Assembly (NCBI GenBank): GCA_965649765.1
Contig: OZ287751.1
Coordinates: 80,166,001-80,230,000 of the forward strand
Length of the DNA stretch: 64,000 nucleotides
Source: Bispira polyomma
Lineage: Eukaryota
Reading direction: 5' to 3'
A program made the position numbers and the translations under genes. Shown piece after piece: positions 10,098 through 22,392 of the stretch (position 1 is its first letter; every line of letters starts with the position of its first letter). Under the pieces are notes generated by a model. The model saw nothing but the letters and a program-made list of their open reading frames with translations. It did no database searches and was not told the DNA's origin.

Positions 10098-11639
10098 AGT
10101 TACAGTATAATATTTAAAGAGATCTACATTATGTCGGTAGTAATATGACATCAAAAGATTAACCTTATGTTTATCCACAAAGACAGTCGCCAGTTTTTTT
10201 TGTGCAAAATAAATTTTGTTTATAATTGGGATAACAATAGATACGTTTGACTAAGCTTTAGTAAACCTGCTTACCTAATATTAGTAATTATCCAAAAGCG
10301 AAACATCCAATGGTGGTTTTTTAAGCTAAAGTTTTTGCAACTTTATACATTACCAATAAATTCATCAGTTTAATTTTTGTGTAAATAGAAACTAAATAGA
10401 CATTCGAACTATACTTATGGACCCTACTTACTTTATATATTTTAAAAATAGTTATTAATGTTGATTATTTACCGGTCAATGCTCTTTAACCATTTAGAGA
10501 CTTAAGAAGGCTAGTATACTGCCAGGCTCTCTCTCTCCATGTCTATTTGAATCTGTCACACATAAGAGGACTCTTCTCTCCCTTGTCTTATAATCACTGT
10601 ATTCTCCGGCGTAACGTCTATTTTTACATATCCCCGGGGCTTGCCTTGTAGAAGTGGGGGTGGGGGTGTAGTGTGTTGTTAAGGGGGGTGGGCAGGCGTC
10701 TTTAAGAGGTAGGGGGACAAACGTCTCTAACTTTATTGTATCACTCACAATGCTCTGTTATTGTGTTTTCCAGTTTTCGTTTGTGGAAAAGTTTTCTTAA
10801 TAACAATCTTTGTCTTTGTTTTCACATTTCAAAAGGGTAGCATTTTTAATAGTCTCATAAAATGTTAAGGGTGTGTAGACATTGATCCAATTCTAAAAGA
10901 AACCCTGAAAGATTAATGTAACAGAAATTGGAATTACATTTTAAATATTTATTTAAATATTTAGTGACAAAATGTAAATAATAACTTGTTTCCTTTTGAG
11001 AAAAAGCACATATTTAAACAGAAATGTTAACCACATTGCATACTCTGAATGCTAAGTATTAGTTATGTCTCTTGCGGGCAGGATATGCCATAAACAATTG
11101 CACTATTGTGAAATAATTTTAAAAAGTAAAGAACAAAAGATAATGTGACATATTCTTATGAAAGTAGAGATTGCTACTTGACTTTATCTGCACAATCATA
11201 ACCACTGTCTCAGCCATCTAAATTCCCTTGATATTCTGTTTCTTTTGGATTACTTTTCTCACAAAACTTGTACATGTATCCAAAATTCATTTCACACAGA
11301 AAGCCTGAGTTTAAACACTCAATAACTTCCACTTTTAAAAAAGACAAATATTAACCACATAAACTAATAAAGTCTATAATTTTATAGCTTTAAGACACAG
11401 TGGTGCAAAATTGATTGTGTGTATTTCATAAATGAATGTAAAAGAAGAAAGGATAATCCCAAACTTGGTGATATAACACTCATAATATAATACCAGGAAA
11501 TCATATAAATAGAATAACAACAAAATCATATTAATAAAACCTTATACTATTCTTGTTTTCTTTTTTTTTTTTGTAGCCCTACATGCATACATATACCATT
11601 CCAAATTAGACTACTATAGTCCACAATGTGACATTCAAC

Positions 11640-12290
11640 AAAGGTTGAGGATCAACGCCCCTAAATTCACACAACCCAGCAGGTTTGAGGCGTTGAAATC
11701 TCCAATCAGCAGAATATTATCTGGGAGATAGAAGAGTTGGAAAATACACAAACACTCCCAGAGCTAGATTATAATGTAGAGCCATACCAAATTGGAACGT
11801 GCCACCAGTAATTCTATGAAGAGTAATAATTATCATAACTACCATAAAAAAATGAATGGAAATGTTGGTCATGGAAAGACTTGCATTTTGTTACAAAGAA
11901 GAAGGTTTCTTTTGACTGGTATTTTTTTCATCTTCTTTCTTCCCTTTATCTTTGCCTCAGTTCATTGTGGGTATAATTTGAGGGATTGACATGAAGGCCT
12001 TCTTGACTGCATCTATCGGTGGGATAGCAACAGTAACAAGGGTGTACTCCCACAAAACTTACTATTATGTTAAGGTTTCTATTAATTAATGACCATAAGG
12101 GTTTGAAATATGTTTTTAAACTTTGTTTAGTTGGTGATTAATGTAAATTGCCCATACATTATTTATTACTAGTTTTTAAGAATTGTTTCCCTAAAAGTTA
12201 ATGTTACAATGTGCCAAAACGTATGATGGGGTAACCTTAATAAATGTACACAGTCAAATGCTTTATAGAAAGTTCTTTTTTTATTAAATA
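11640..12290 (-). mobile_element. Scrambled non-LTR retrotransposon remnants (AP endonuclease and RT motifs)
   Basis: Minus-strand NILLIGDFNA (~11690-11720), KKAFMSIP (~11980-12005) and YKAFDCVH (~12245-12270); motif order is not that of one intact element. Confidence 0.4.
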
Positions 12291-13007
12291 AAGGAATACT
12301 CAAACTACACCCTTGTGAGTTTAGAAACCCTAAATCTGCCATATGTACCGTGGTCTGCACCTCAGCCAATTAATGTCCTAAATGAAACATTATAGGCCCG
12401 ATAGTCCTTTTGAAAGTAGCTGACATATGGATTTTAGGGCAAATTTGAGCTATCAAATCGGCCCAGTGATCCAGCTTAACAGATGTGAGTACAAAAGGAA
12501 AATGAGAGGTGCAACTTAGTCGAAGGCTTTATGAAGATCTGCAAATCTTTTGGTTCATATGAAGACAATATGAAAGATAATATGACAGCTTACACACGCC
12601 CCCCTCCCCCCTCCTGGTTGAGTTCTAATTTTTTTCTTGGTTTTTGGAAGGATTATAGAAATAGCGTGTTATTATCTTAAATTCTGGGCTAATTGTAAGG
12701 CAAGCTGAAGGATTGGAATAAAAAGTTTTGGAGAGGTTTATGTTTAATAACTCCTATAAGTTAGAGGTAAGTGAAATGTAGTGGTTTTTAGGTTTAAGGC
12801 CTCTAGTTAGATGAACACAATAACTTTATTTTAAACTTAACATGCTATGGTTAGTTGAATTTTAATTATCTTTAGTAGGTAAATGGACTTTAATTTATTT
12901 ACCACATGTACACTATTCTAGTTCTATAAATAATTGCACAAAATTCAATGTAACTTTTTTTTGTACATTGTCTGCTGTGTGTTTTAATATAACTTCAAGT
13001 ATAACAA

Positions 13008-13222
13008 AGGAGGCCTCACATTCACCTCCCACCTCTAAGGTCTCGGTTTGAGTCTCGTCAGACATGCCAGAAAGTTTGCAGTTACTTGCCCATGGTCGGT
13101 TGCCTACAGTGTGGAATCTTAACTACCTAGTCTACACACTGGTTTTCTCAAGTATCCCCAAAACACTGCCTTTTGTGATATTACCTATACAATCTGTTGA
13201 AAGCAACATTAAACCCCAATTC
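13008..13222 (+). mobile_element. tRNA-derived SINE family B2 (V-SINE-like)
   Basis: CACCTCCCACCTCT head, AAAGTTTGCAGTTACTTGCC..GGTCGGT centre, TGTTGAAAGCAACATTAAACCCC tail; related to 33270-33468 and 37960-38150. Confidence 0.65.
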
Positions 13223-14772
13223 AAGATCAAAACCGAGTATAACGAAGTTATAACATGCCAAAAAATACATAACTATCACAGTTGTCAATTTTTATAGAAA
13301 CAGATTCAGAATTCATGTCCTTTATCCAAAACATCAGATATACTATAATATTTATGCTTAAAAAAAATTATTATTTATTTTTCATAAAAAATGGCAAGGT
13401 AAAAAGAAAGTTCAATAGAATGCATTCAAAAGTCCACCTGGTGTCAATGGTGATTATTATAATTATGACAATCCAACTCTAATTTTCAAAATTTTTTTTG
13501 AATTATTACAATTAGTTTTGAAGGAAAAAAACCTGACCTGTCTGGGTATGAAGTGTGGGAAAAAGGTAACAAATTGTTGATTGTTTGGTTGTGTTTTTTT
13601 TTGTGTGTGGGAAACTATAGTGGGTGACATGGACATGAGGGGTCAGTGTGATTAGAGTGAACTATATTGGTCAATGTGAAAAGTAGTGGTTAAGGTAGAC
13701 CACAAACAATTGGCTTTGTTAGTGAGTTGTGGGATTCTGTATGTGTGCATTCATCAAAGTGATGCATGTAGACTACACAAGTATGTCTTTGTCTGTTTTG
13801 TGGAAATATATCAATGGAATTTTTCTGTTTTGTAAATCTTGTTATGGTTATACACAATTGTATTCAATTGAAACTTTAAATGCCAATCAAGATAAAAAAA
13901 ATTTACAATAAACTATGTGAAATGAATTTAAGATCATCTATCAAATATAACTGTTAAATAAATTAAATTTTTTTGGTTATAATAAGAATTTTATTTTAAT
14001 GAAATTACCTTTTAAATCGATTATCATAAAATAAAATTATTATTATAACAAAAAAAACCAACACTACTAAACAGTAATCTTTGATGGATGATCTCTAATT
14101 TTTATTTTCCATATATAAATTTGATTTAATACATAAAGATGAAACACTATTGGTTTTGTTGATTCCACAAGGACAGTCTTTTAGCATTTGTAATTGTAGA
14201 AGATTTTTCCACCTATCATAAGTGTGTAGACATTTGTGGCTGTGTCAGAGAAATCTGATCTGTTGTTTTAAGGTATAAAAAAGGGACAAATCTGAACCCT
14301 CCTCCTGGAGATCTCCCATGTCAAAACTACTAGTAAATTCTCCCCACCCCCTTGTAAGTAGGGGAGATCTAAATGTCTGTGTAAGCTCTTATGCTCTATT
14401 ACCCCGATTTACACAAGTGATATCCAAACCATGAATTATAGACCTCACTTCCCTCAGGGCCATTTTATAGGGAGGGGGGGGGGGGGGGCTTATAACCCCT
14501 ATTTACTTCACAGATATGCGAGTTATTTAAAGTGACATGTCGTCCACAGACTCAAAAAAGGAAGAATGGCCAGAGTTCATAGTACTTACACTTTTTCGTC
14601 AGCATACAACGCTATATTTGCATTGTACTTTGTATTATAATACAGAAAGATTTATTGATTATAATTGTTGTCTGAAGAAAATTCAAAATTTTACATTTTA
14701 TGATTTTTTAGTCATGTGATTTATATTTTGATTTAACATTGTTACTGCGTGGTACACTATTGAATTATATAC

Positions 14773-14852
14773 CTGTCTTAAAATAGGCTTCCAAACTTAG
14801 GATCCTAAGTTGGGCTATAGGCCATCTTAAGATTGGCCAAAATCCTTCGTTG
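14773..14852. mobile_element. Partial palindromic MITE (CTTAAGATTGGCCA family)
   Basis: Shares CTTAGGATCCTAAG and CCATCTTAAGATTGGCCAA with 38325-38432, 56916-57045 and 61967-62118. Confidence 0.65.
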
Positions 14853-14939
14853 GGACTGTAGTGTTAGAGTCCAACATATACACAGCATCCTCTGTTAATA
14901 TATCATCATATAAAACAATTGTTCCCAGAAAAGGGACAG

Positions 14940-15085
14940 TCCTCATAGCCTGGGCTAGTTAGTCATCAGTAGGTATATTGGTGTGTTCACATCATGCATA
15001 AAGATTTTAATCCCTACAAATACCCTAGCAGCACTAGCTGGAGTGGAACAAGGGACTTTCTGATCACCAGACCAACTCCTAATTG
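14940..15085 (-). mobile_element. SINE family A copy
   Basis: GGGACTTTCTGATCACCAGACCAACTCC and GTGTTCACATC are reverse complements of the family head and centre. Confidence 0.7.
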
Positions 15086-15369
15086 GTTGACACCATTTTT
15101 ACCACGTGTTCTTAGATCAATACACAGAGGTCAGCAAACTTGCAATTATTGCCCAAATCCTTAGTACTTTGTGTAAAAAATAGGACAGGAGACAGGAGAC
15201 AACAGTGATACAAAATAAGATTTCTGTCTCCTTTGAATGTCTCAGGTAATCATCAACTTCAGTCAATAAGGTTACATGCGCATTTTTTTTTTCAAATTTA
15301 TTCATCATCAGGATTCTACAAAAACAACCTTACTGATTAACATTAAATTGTACTTGTATCTTGAACAAG

Positions 15370-15595
15370 ACTTATTGATACATGGCATCTTCTAATGCAC
15401 AACATCTCTATCAATCAACAAAATATGTGTCCTTCAACAACATAACCTGCATCATCATTAGTTAGCAATGGCATGTTCACATCTTGCCCAAGGATGTCAC
15501 CCCACCAATAGCCAGGCCAACTTTCCTGACTGGGAGTCAAATCGGTGGACCTTCTGATCACCAGACAAACTCCCCAACACCATTAGACCACAGGA
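15370..15595 (-). mobile_element. SINE family A, near full length
   Basis: Tail GGCATCTTCTAATGCAC, centre GTTCACATCTTGCCCAAGGATG, head GGACCTTCTGATCACCAGAC. Confidence 0.8.
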
Positions 15596-16507
15596 TACCA
15601 CATTTTTTAGTAGAGGGGTGAGGAATAGGCAAAGGAAAAATCAACTTAATATGGGACCAGATCCCATTAAAATGGCAGATCCAGGACTTTAACAACTGTT
15701 CTTGCACGGTAGCCGCTTGGTGGAGGCCATCTCTTTTTAGTGAGCTTCCACATCTGGTTTATATTTGATTTGTTTACTGTTAGAGATTTGTTAGTTCTAT
15801 GTTGTAAAACTAAGTTCGCTGAGCAACGTGCCCCCAGAGAAACTACCTGACACTTTGTTCATATACAGTAGCTTACTCAGTAATGTATCAGATTAACTTT
15901 AAATTTCACATGACAGTAATGTATCAGATTGACTGCAAATTCCATATGACACACGGCAGTAATAGGAAACCAGTGAGTTTCACTGTTACATGTAAAAGTA
16001 CCTTAAAACTCTAAGGTTTCTCATTAGCTCTGATTTGTGACGTCACCTTACGTCATATTTCAGACCATGATGGTAATTTTGGTGACAAGAGTCAGAACGT
16101 CAAATCTATTGGAATGTATATCTATATATATGGACTATAAGGCCAATGTACAATAGCTTATAGTGATGATATATGCTCTTTTTGTGTATTAAAATAAAAG
16201 TTTATCAGGGTTGCCCTAAAAGGGGTATGTTAGTTAATCAGGACACAGGGACTAATCTCACAAAATTGCTGATGGGTGTCATGGGTGGTGCTTATTTATT
16301 TTTTAAATGAAAGATTTGACCTATTTATAGAAGCAGGGTATCAAATTTGAATTAAGACTGTTACATGTTATGATCTAAACAAAACTTGTCACGGAAAATG
16401 AGGACTGTTTATAAATGCCCTATAGCCTAAAAACATGGCCATGGTGTCTAGTGTTTTCTTTGTTCAACAAATTGCATACAAGTTTAATTCTACCATGCAT
16501 GTCTTAA

Positions 16508-16665
16508 AACTAGAGGAGAGACACTCAGTAGAACGCATAGCTCAGCCAAAAGACGCCTCAGAGCTACATTAGAAGAACAAAAAATTCCTGCATTCAACAT
16601 CCTACCAAGATCTCGTCAGCAGCAAGAATTGGATTCTTCTTTTGCCCATGGCCCAAAATCATTTC
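16508..16665 (+). mobile_element. HINE-like element, 5' part
   Basis: AACTAGAGGAGAGACACTCAGTAGAACGCATAGCTCAGCCAA start, similar to other copies. Confidence 0.5.
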
Positions 16666-17429
16666 AGTTAATTTAAAATACCGCTAAAGTAGATTAGAAA
16701 TTATATACAGATACATCCCTAAACAGTTCCCGACCCTCGAGTGGTTTTAATATCTTTTTACTTATCATTTAAGACATTGTTGAGACTGACACGTTAGTGG
16801 TTAGTGTTACAACAGAGAATGGCTGATGACTGATGATGGGGGTCCTTGATTAATAAGATACATTAAGTAGTATAGAAGGGTGTGTGTGTGTGTCTGTGTG
16901 GGTATGTAACATTATGTGTGGATATGTTTAAAAGGGTAGCAGGGGATGAGAGGAGGGGTAAGTGGGCAGTACATCTGCTCTTATATTACTGTAGATTACT
17001 GTAATATACCCTCTTATGGTACTGGTGCTATCTTAATTTAATTTAATCTCTATTACATACTCATAAGTATATATTATCAGCTCGGTCATTGGGAGGTTAT
17101 AAAAAACACAGACATTATCAGATTTGTGATTTGGTCTTTGGGAGTTTTGAACTAAAACAGACATATTTTATCAGGTTAATAGCAAAATAACCCAGGAACC
17201 ACCCCTATTACCGAACATTCTATTGTCCGAATAATTACTTTCATAAATTCAGTTAGCATCTCCCTTTAAACTGCCATTTTCAAAAACGAATTTTAGGTCC
17301 CACCAAATTAATGTTTATTTTTATCATTAGAACAACAAAATGCCATATTCCCATGATATTGTGGAAAATAAATGGTTTTCTGTATTTCTCTGAGTTTAAA
17401 TTTGATTAAAATGTTTCTCATATTAAGCA

Positions 17430-17860
17430 AAATGGAATGCATTACTCTGCCAAGGCGCCACAGTGCAAAAACCTGGATCTGATTCCAGGGGCCACGGTGG
17501 CCTAGTGGTTAGAAGCGCCTGCTTCACAGTCACTGCATGGCATCTCACCAATGTGGGTTCAAATCCTATTTATTCCTTTGTGTGAGAAACTTTGTCAGGT
17601 ACTTGCGATAGGTCGGTGGTTTAGAGTGCCTTAGCATTAGTTTTTGCCACCATTGTAGTTGTCCGTCGTAATATGACCTGTTGTTGAATGTTGATGTAAA
17701 ACCTAACTAAATTCCCAAACTTGACCCAAAATTCATAGATGGTTCTTTCATCCAAAGATGCTCCAGTAGTCTTCATGTAATCCTGGTGTTAAACAAACAA
17801 ACCAATCAATCAAACCAACGGACATTGGTGAACACATAAACTTGTTTGTCAGAGTTAATA
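17430..17860 (+). mobile_element. HINE-like element interrupted by a SINE
   Basis: CTCTGCCAAGGC, GGATCTGAT, CCAGTAGTCTTCATGTAATCCTG, (AAAC)n and GGACATTGGTGAACACATAAAC blocks flank the SINE at 17488-17708. Confidence 0.6.
17488..17708 (+). mobile_element. tRNA-derived SINE family B1 (V-SINE/RUDI-like), full length
   Basis: GGGGCCACGGTGGCCTAGTGGTTAG A-box, GGTTCAAATCC B-box, TTTGTCAGGTACTTGCGATAGGTCGGTGGTTT centre, TGTTGAATGTTGATGTAAAACC tail. Confidence 0.8.
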
Positions 17861-18282
17861 ATTCAATCTTACATATATGCTGATATATAAATCAGGGTTG
17901 TACATTCAAACCATATTCTGTCCCACTTCAAAGGAAATCTCATCTTGTTAAAGTGTCTACACAAACACTGAGCCATCTGCTAATTATGATAAGGTTTCAA
18001 AAAGTTTTTGATAAATCTTACAAGATAGATGCATTTCACAAGCTCTGTTAGCTATATGTTCAATATTGATTCTCTTAAACTTGCTTACATTAATATTAGT
18101 TAGTAAAATATTATATGCTTAAAGACACAACAGAAATGATAGATTGTGAGTTTTAGTCATCTGAATTGCACAGGAAAATTTTAGTTTTAAAGTACTAAAC
18201 TTCTAAGTTGTCCAACATTCCCAAATATACTATTCTAGAAAATAGGACAAACTATACAGGAGACAATTGTCTATTTTTAACA

Positions 18283-18800
18283 TGCAATATTGATGCTACA
18301 CATCTTCTAAAGTGCAACATCAAAAGCGATTTATCAAGGGAAACTTCATAAAACATAGCAAGGTCATATGGTAGGCTGTAATGGGTGAATTCGAAATAAC
18401 CTCCGGTGGGTAAGCTATTTTGAATGATAAGACTTAAGTTTTCTTCTAAAACAAACAATATTTCTTGCAATCTAAGCTCGACTGGGAGGTTGTTCTATAA
18501 CATGGGAGAAGACTACTAACATTGCATTCATGCCGTGTAACTTACCTGGATCGACCCAGATTGAAGCAGGTAAAGTCTGAGCAAATACAGATTAGTCTGA
18601 ACATGGTGTAAGAAAGATATATCTGACCCTGCTGGTATGTCTAGCAGAAGAAAAAGTTTGTCAGAGAGTCTATAGCCTCTTCTGATGTTGCTGGAACATA
18701 TCAGAGCAGCTAGGTAAGAAGTGTGGTAAAGAACCATAGCCTTGAAAGTAGTGACATATGATATTGAACAATATTCTCCTACAATGCATGGGGAGACATA
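18283..18800 (-). mobile_element. L2 (CR1-group) LINE 3' fragment with 3' UTR
   Basis: Minus-strand TTFKA..YLAAL, PML*NNLPVELR and FRRKLKSY, then 3' UTR ending GTTGCACTTTAGAAGATG..CATCAATA. Confidence 0.75.
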
Positions 18801-19044
18801 ACAAGCTGGAACAACCAACAGCAACAATTGCCTAGCCAGAATAAAAAAAAAACAATTTCCTATTCAAGGCATCTTTCTCCCAAGCTCACAAGCTGCTGGA
18901 AAATTTGAAGAAGTAGTTAATATACATAAACATTATGGAAAGTTTTCAGGTCGTCTGGGAGCCAGAATAGGGGACACATTGCAATAAGAAGGAGTTTGTA
19001 GTTGTGACATAAAAGACTGCTGTCTGTAAGGTATACATAAGCCA

Positions 19045-19640
19045 TACTTTGACACGCACATCAGCAAAGTTTGTCGCTCGTGTGACCAATGACATTCATC
19101 ATATAAAGATAACCAGAAATCACTTGTCACTGGATGCTGCTATCACTGTGGCTAACTCCCTTGTCAGTAGCCGCCTTGAATACTGCAGTTTATTTCTGTT
19201 TGTGTAAAAAGAGTCTCACACAAACACGTTACAGTCCATTCAAAACTATCTCTGTTGGGTCATTTTTCGTCTCACTATTTGTACTGATGTCTCTCCATAC
19301 CTCATAAAATTACACTGGCTTCCTATGAATTATTAATTTTGTTTCAAATCCATCTCACCACTTTCAAAGCTGTTTTCTCCCAAAAGCACCCCTACCTTGC
19401 TGCTCGCCTTTCATTCAAGAACCTTAAGAGGGGAAAGATACTTCCTGTTTCCTCTGTAAAACCTACCAAAAGGGCTGGATCTAGAGCTTTCTCAATAGAT
19501 GTCCCTATGTTATGGAATAGTCTCCCTGTTATGCTTAGATCACCCCCTTAATTCCCTCTTTGTACACCCCGACATCTTTCATTACATCCTGGCTATGTTT
19601 TGGGACTTCTCGATTTGTTAACTTATTCTGTTGTTATTAA
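19045..19640 (+). mobile_element. L2 (CR1-group) LINE 3' fragment
   Basis: FDTHISKVCRSC, AAITVANSLVSSRLEYC, LQSIQN, SPYLIKLHWLP, GSRAFS, PMLWNSLP: typical L2 ORF2 C-terminus, with stops and frameshifts. Confidence 0.88.
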
Positions 19641-20042
19641 TGCAAAATACCATACAATATAATTCTTTGGCCTGCCTTCAATTGCTTGAAATTTATAGGC
19701 TATTTAGATTACATATATCATCTATTTGTATTACACAGCATCAACCAGCTTTGCAGCATTGATGTTATATATTGTATATTGCCACCTGCAGCAATTTATT
19801 TAATGTTACCAATATGTAAATATATTTACTAGTTTTCAATTTCAATTGTTAAAGATGGCATTTTTGCACCTCTCATCTCTGCAGTGGTTGGTTAGATTCA
19901 TGGCCCTAGCATGCATGTGGGGAGTGAAGTCATATGCTGTTTTATCACTGTTGCTTTTAAGATAACTTTAAAAGATATCGACATCCTTAGATTTATAACT
20001 TCATAATATTCTCCATTCAGTGTTTTTGGATGTTTTCAAATC

Positions 20043-20245
20043 ACTTGAAGGGACACCCAGTAGGACAAAACACCACGGTGTCCAAAAGCAACAACAATCC
20101 TGAATCTAACCTGCAGTCTGGACCAGCACCAAACATTTAACATCTGCCAGATTTCATGTAAATCTGGCTAGTAGTTTTCTGTTTAATTTTGGTGACAATT
20201 AAGGCAAACTAACGGACACTGGCGATAACAAAACCCCTTAAACAA
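20043..20245 (+). mobile_element. HINE-like element, decayed
   Basis: GATTTCATGTAAATCTGGCTAGTAGTTTT..GGTGACAA..AACGGACACTGGCGATAACA block shared with the family. Confidence 0.5.
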
Positions 20246-20514
20246 GTAAACGGTGAACATTATACAACATGTATATGCTATATAACTTTGTAGCCCATTG
20301 TAGAACCTGCCCAATATATATGGAAATCTGTACCATTAATCATCGTTGTACCCTTGGTGACATATCAAGAAGCCATGTTTTTTGGTCACCGCCCAGCAAC
20401 TCTGACCTTTATGTTAACTCATGTACGTGTTCCTACTGTATTTCATGTGGTTCCTCATCCCCATTAAATATGGAGAAGGCCCCAAGACCAAATCTTCTTC
20501 TGAAGGACAACCAC

Positions 20515-20705
20515 TGGTCCTGTGTATCAAAGGTCTTAAACTCTTAAACTTAAACTCTTAAACTTAAACCTTAAACTTAAACTTAAATACAACAGATCTA
20601 CAGATTTCCTTATAAATGGGAATAACCTGGGCATGTGACCATTCTTTTTAATAGAGCTTCCAGCCAGGAACTCAAGTGTGTTGTCAGATTTTAGATATAG
20701 CTTTC
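20515..20705 (+). mobile_element. Dispersed repeat family D (probable MITE) with (CTTAAA)n microsatellite
   Basis: GTGACCATTCTTTTTAATAGAGCTTCCAGC core shared with 22130-22392, 55650-55872 and 55997-56244. Confidence 0.5.
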
Positions 20706-21039
20706 TTGTAAACAATGATACAGTAGGATGTATTGTAAGATTGTGGTCAGTTTAAGACTAAGGATATAGTTGATCATTACAGGTCCTGATATTTGATATG
20801 TATGTGATGTTGTCCCCTATCTATGTGATACACGAAGTAGCTCTTGGACAGGTTTACTAAAGAGAATGAATCACTTTGGAATGTAATTAACAATTAAGAA
20901 ATATGTGTGCTGCCCATTGTAGCCTTTCCGGAGGCTACACACCTTTAGTTATATATATATAAAGCAGTAGCAATATGTTAGAAGTCTAAGTTAGTAAACA
21001 ACAGGAGCTTTCTATACATTATTATTATTTATTTTATTT

Positions 21040-22020
21040 TATTTATTGTCACCTGGTTATAACATGTATACAATGTTTCAAATAAGACTGCCAGCAAATT
21101 AGCGTTTATTAAACCAGCCGGCCAGTTTTGACCCAATGAGACATTTAGGATATAGTCATTACAACTTTCTATTTTAAATTGAACCTATAATATTTAATAC
21201 TAACAGGTTAGTGTGAATGAAGGATAAACTAGTTATAGACATTTACATAGCATATATTAACGATTGTCTTACATTCCAAGAGTTCACAATATATTGTCCA
21301 AGCCTTTAATTATGCCAGTATTTGTCATTAAAAATTCCCATTTATCTTGGACAGACATATTAATAAATGATTGTTCTAGAGTAATTGCTTCGTCAAATAA
21401 ATTACTCCTGATATTGTCATACACATTACAATTAAATACAAAAAGTTCCTCGACCTCAATTAAATCTGTACCACAGTTCTTGTAGCTCCTATTTGACAAT
21501 GGTGTGTTGAGAAGATAAAGCAATAATGTTAAGATAGTGGGAGTCTTTTTAAAGGCTAGAATTTATGACACTTAACCCTGCATAAGTTTTACATTGTCAG
21601 ATGTGGTTTGATAGCTTTAGGTGATAGTTTAGGTGATACAATAGTCTATATTCTTCTGTAAACAACACTAACTGACATTTCTAGATTAAGGACAGCTATC
21701 TAGCAATACATCATCACTAAGATGCATTGTAGTAAAGAAGACTGCACTTTTAACAATTTATGTTTTGTCTCAGTAATTTTTGTCTTTAAAGAATGGTTAT
21801 CATGTTTAAGTCCAGACGTTAAGTCTGAAAACTGATAAATCTAATTAAAAACTCTTTTCAGTTAAATAAAAGAAGAACTTTTGATCTGATTTAAAACGTT
21901 TCTCCTAAAACTTGCATAATTCTCATCAAATCCTGTAAGCTTGATATGATTCCAATAATGGATGGTATTTTGAAGAATACGGGACATATAATAGGTGTCA
22001 GGTCCTAATTCCCTAGTTCT
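21040..22020 (-). mobile_element. Non-LTR retrotransposon 3' fragment (RTE-X-like C-terminus)
   Basis: Minus strand RELG..IHYWNHI and C..DLIEVEELFVFNCNVYDNIR (decayed C-x2-C..EDExH..C..Y..R knuckle), followed by a 3' UTR with AATAAA and an (AAT)-rich tail. Confidence 0.6.
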
Positions 22021-22129
22021 GTGAGTATCAATAACCAGTGTTCTGGGTGTAATTAGCCAGTTGTACACACCACAGGTGTTCACTTGTAACCCACCCTGAC
22101 ATTCCTGTACTAATTACTCAACTGTTGGG

Positions 22130-22392
22130 CTCCATGTTTCTCCTTAAGAAAGTCAAGCTCAAACTGATGTCACACGAAGGCTATCTATTTGTAAATCTTT
22201 GTTTATGAACATAACCTATATTTGTGACCATTCATTTTAATAGAGCTTTCAGCGCTGCATTCAAATATGAAGTCACATTTAACTTGATTTCACTCTAGCC
22301 AGAGATATGGAGATTTCAGGTTTGAGCTTGAGTCTGATTTAAGCTTGAATCTAAATTGAGCTTGAGATATTTTTAGAGAATATGACTACTGC
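22130..22392 (+). mobile_element. Dispersed repeat family D (probable MITE)
   Basis: Core TTGTGACCATTCATTTTAATAGAGCTTTCAGC..TTCAAATATG and TTGAGC/TTGAGT subterminal repeats. Confidence 0.6.

Noticed and set aside
18283-19640. The two opposite L2 fragments as one twin-primed (5'-inverted) insertion
   Set aside because: Both cover the same C-terminal and 3' UTR region and are clearly diverged from each other, so they are independent insertions.
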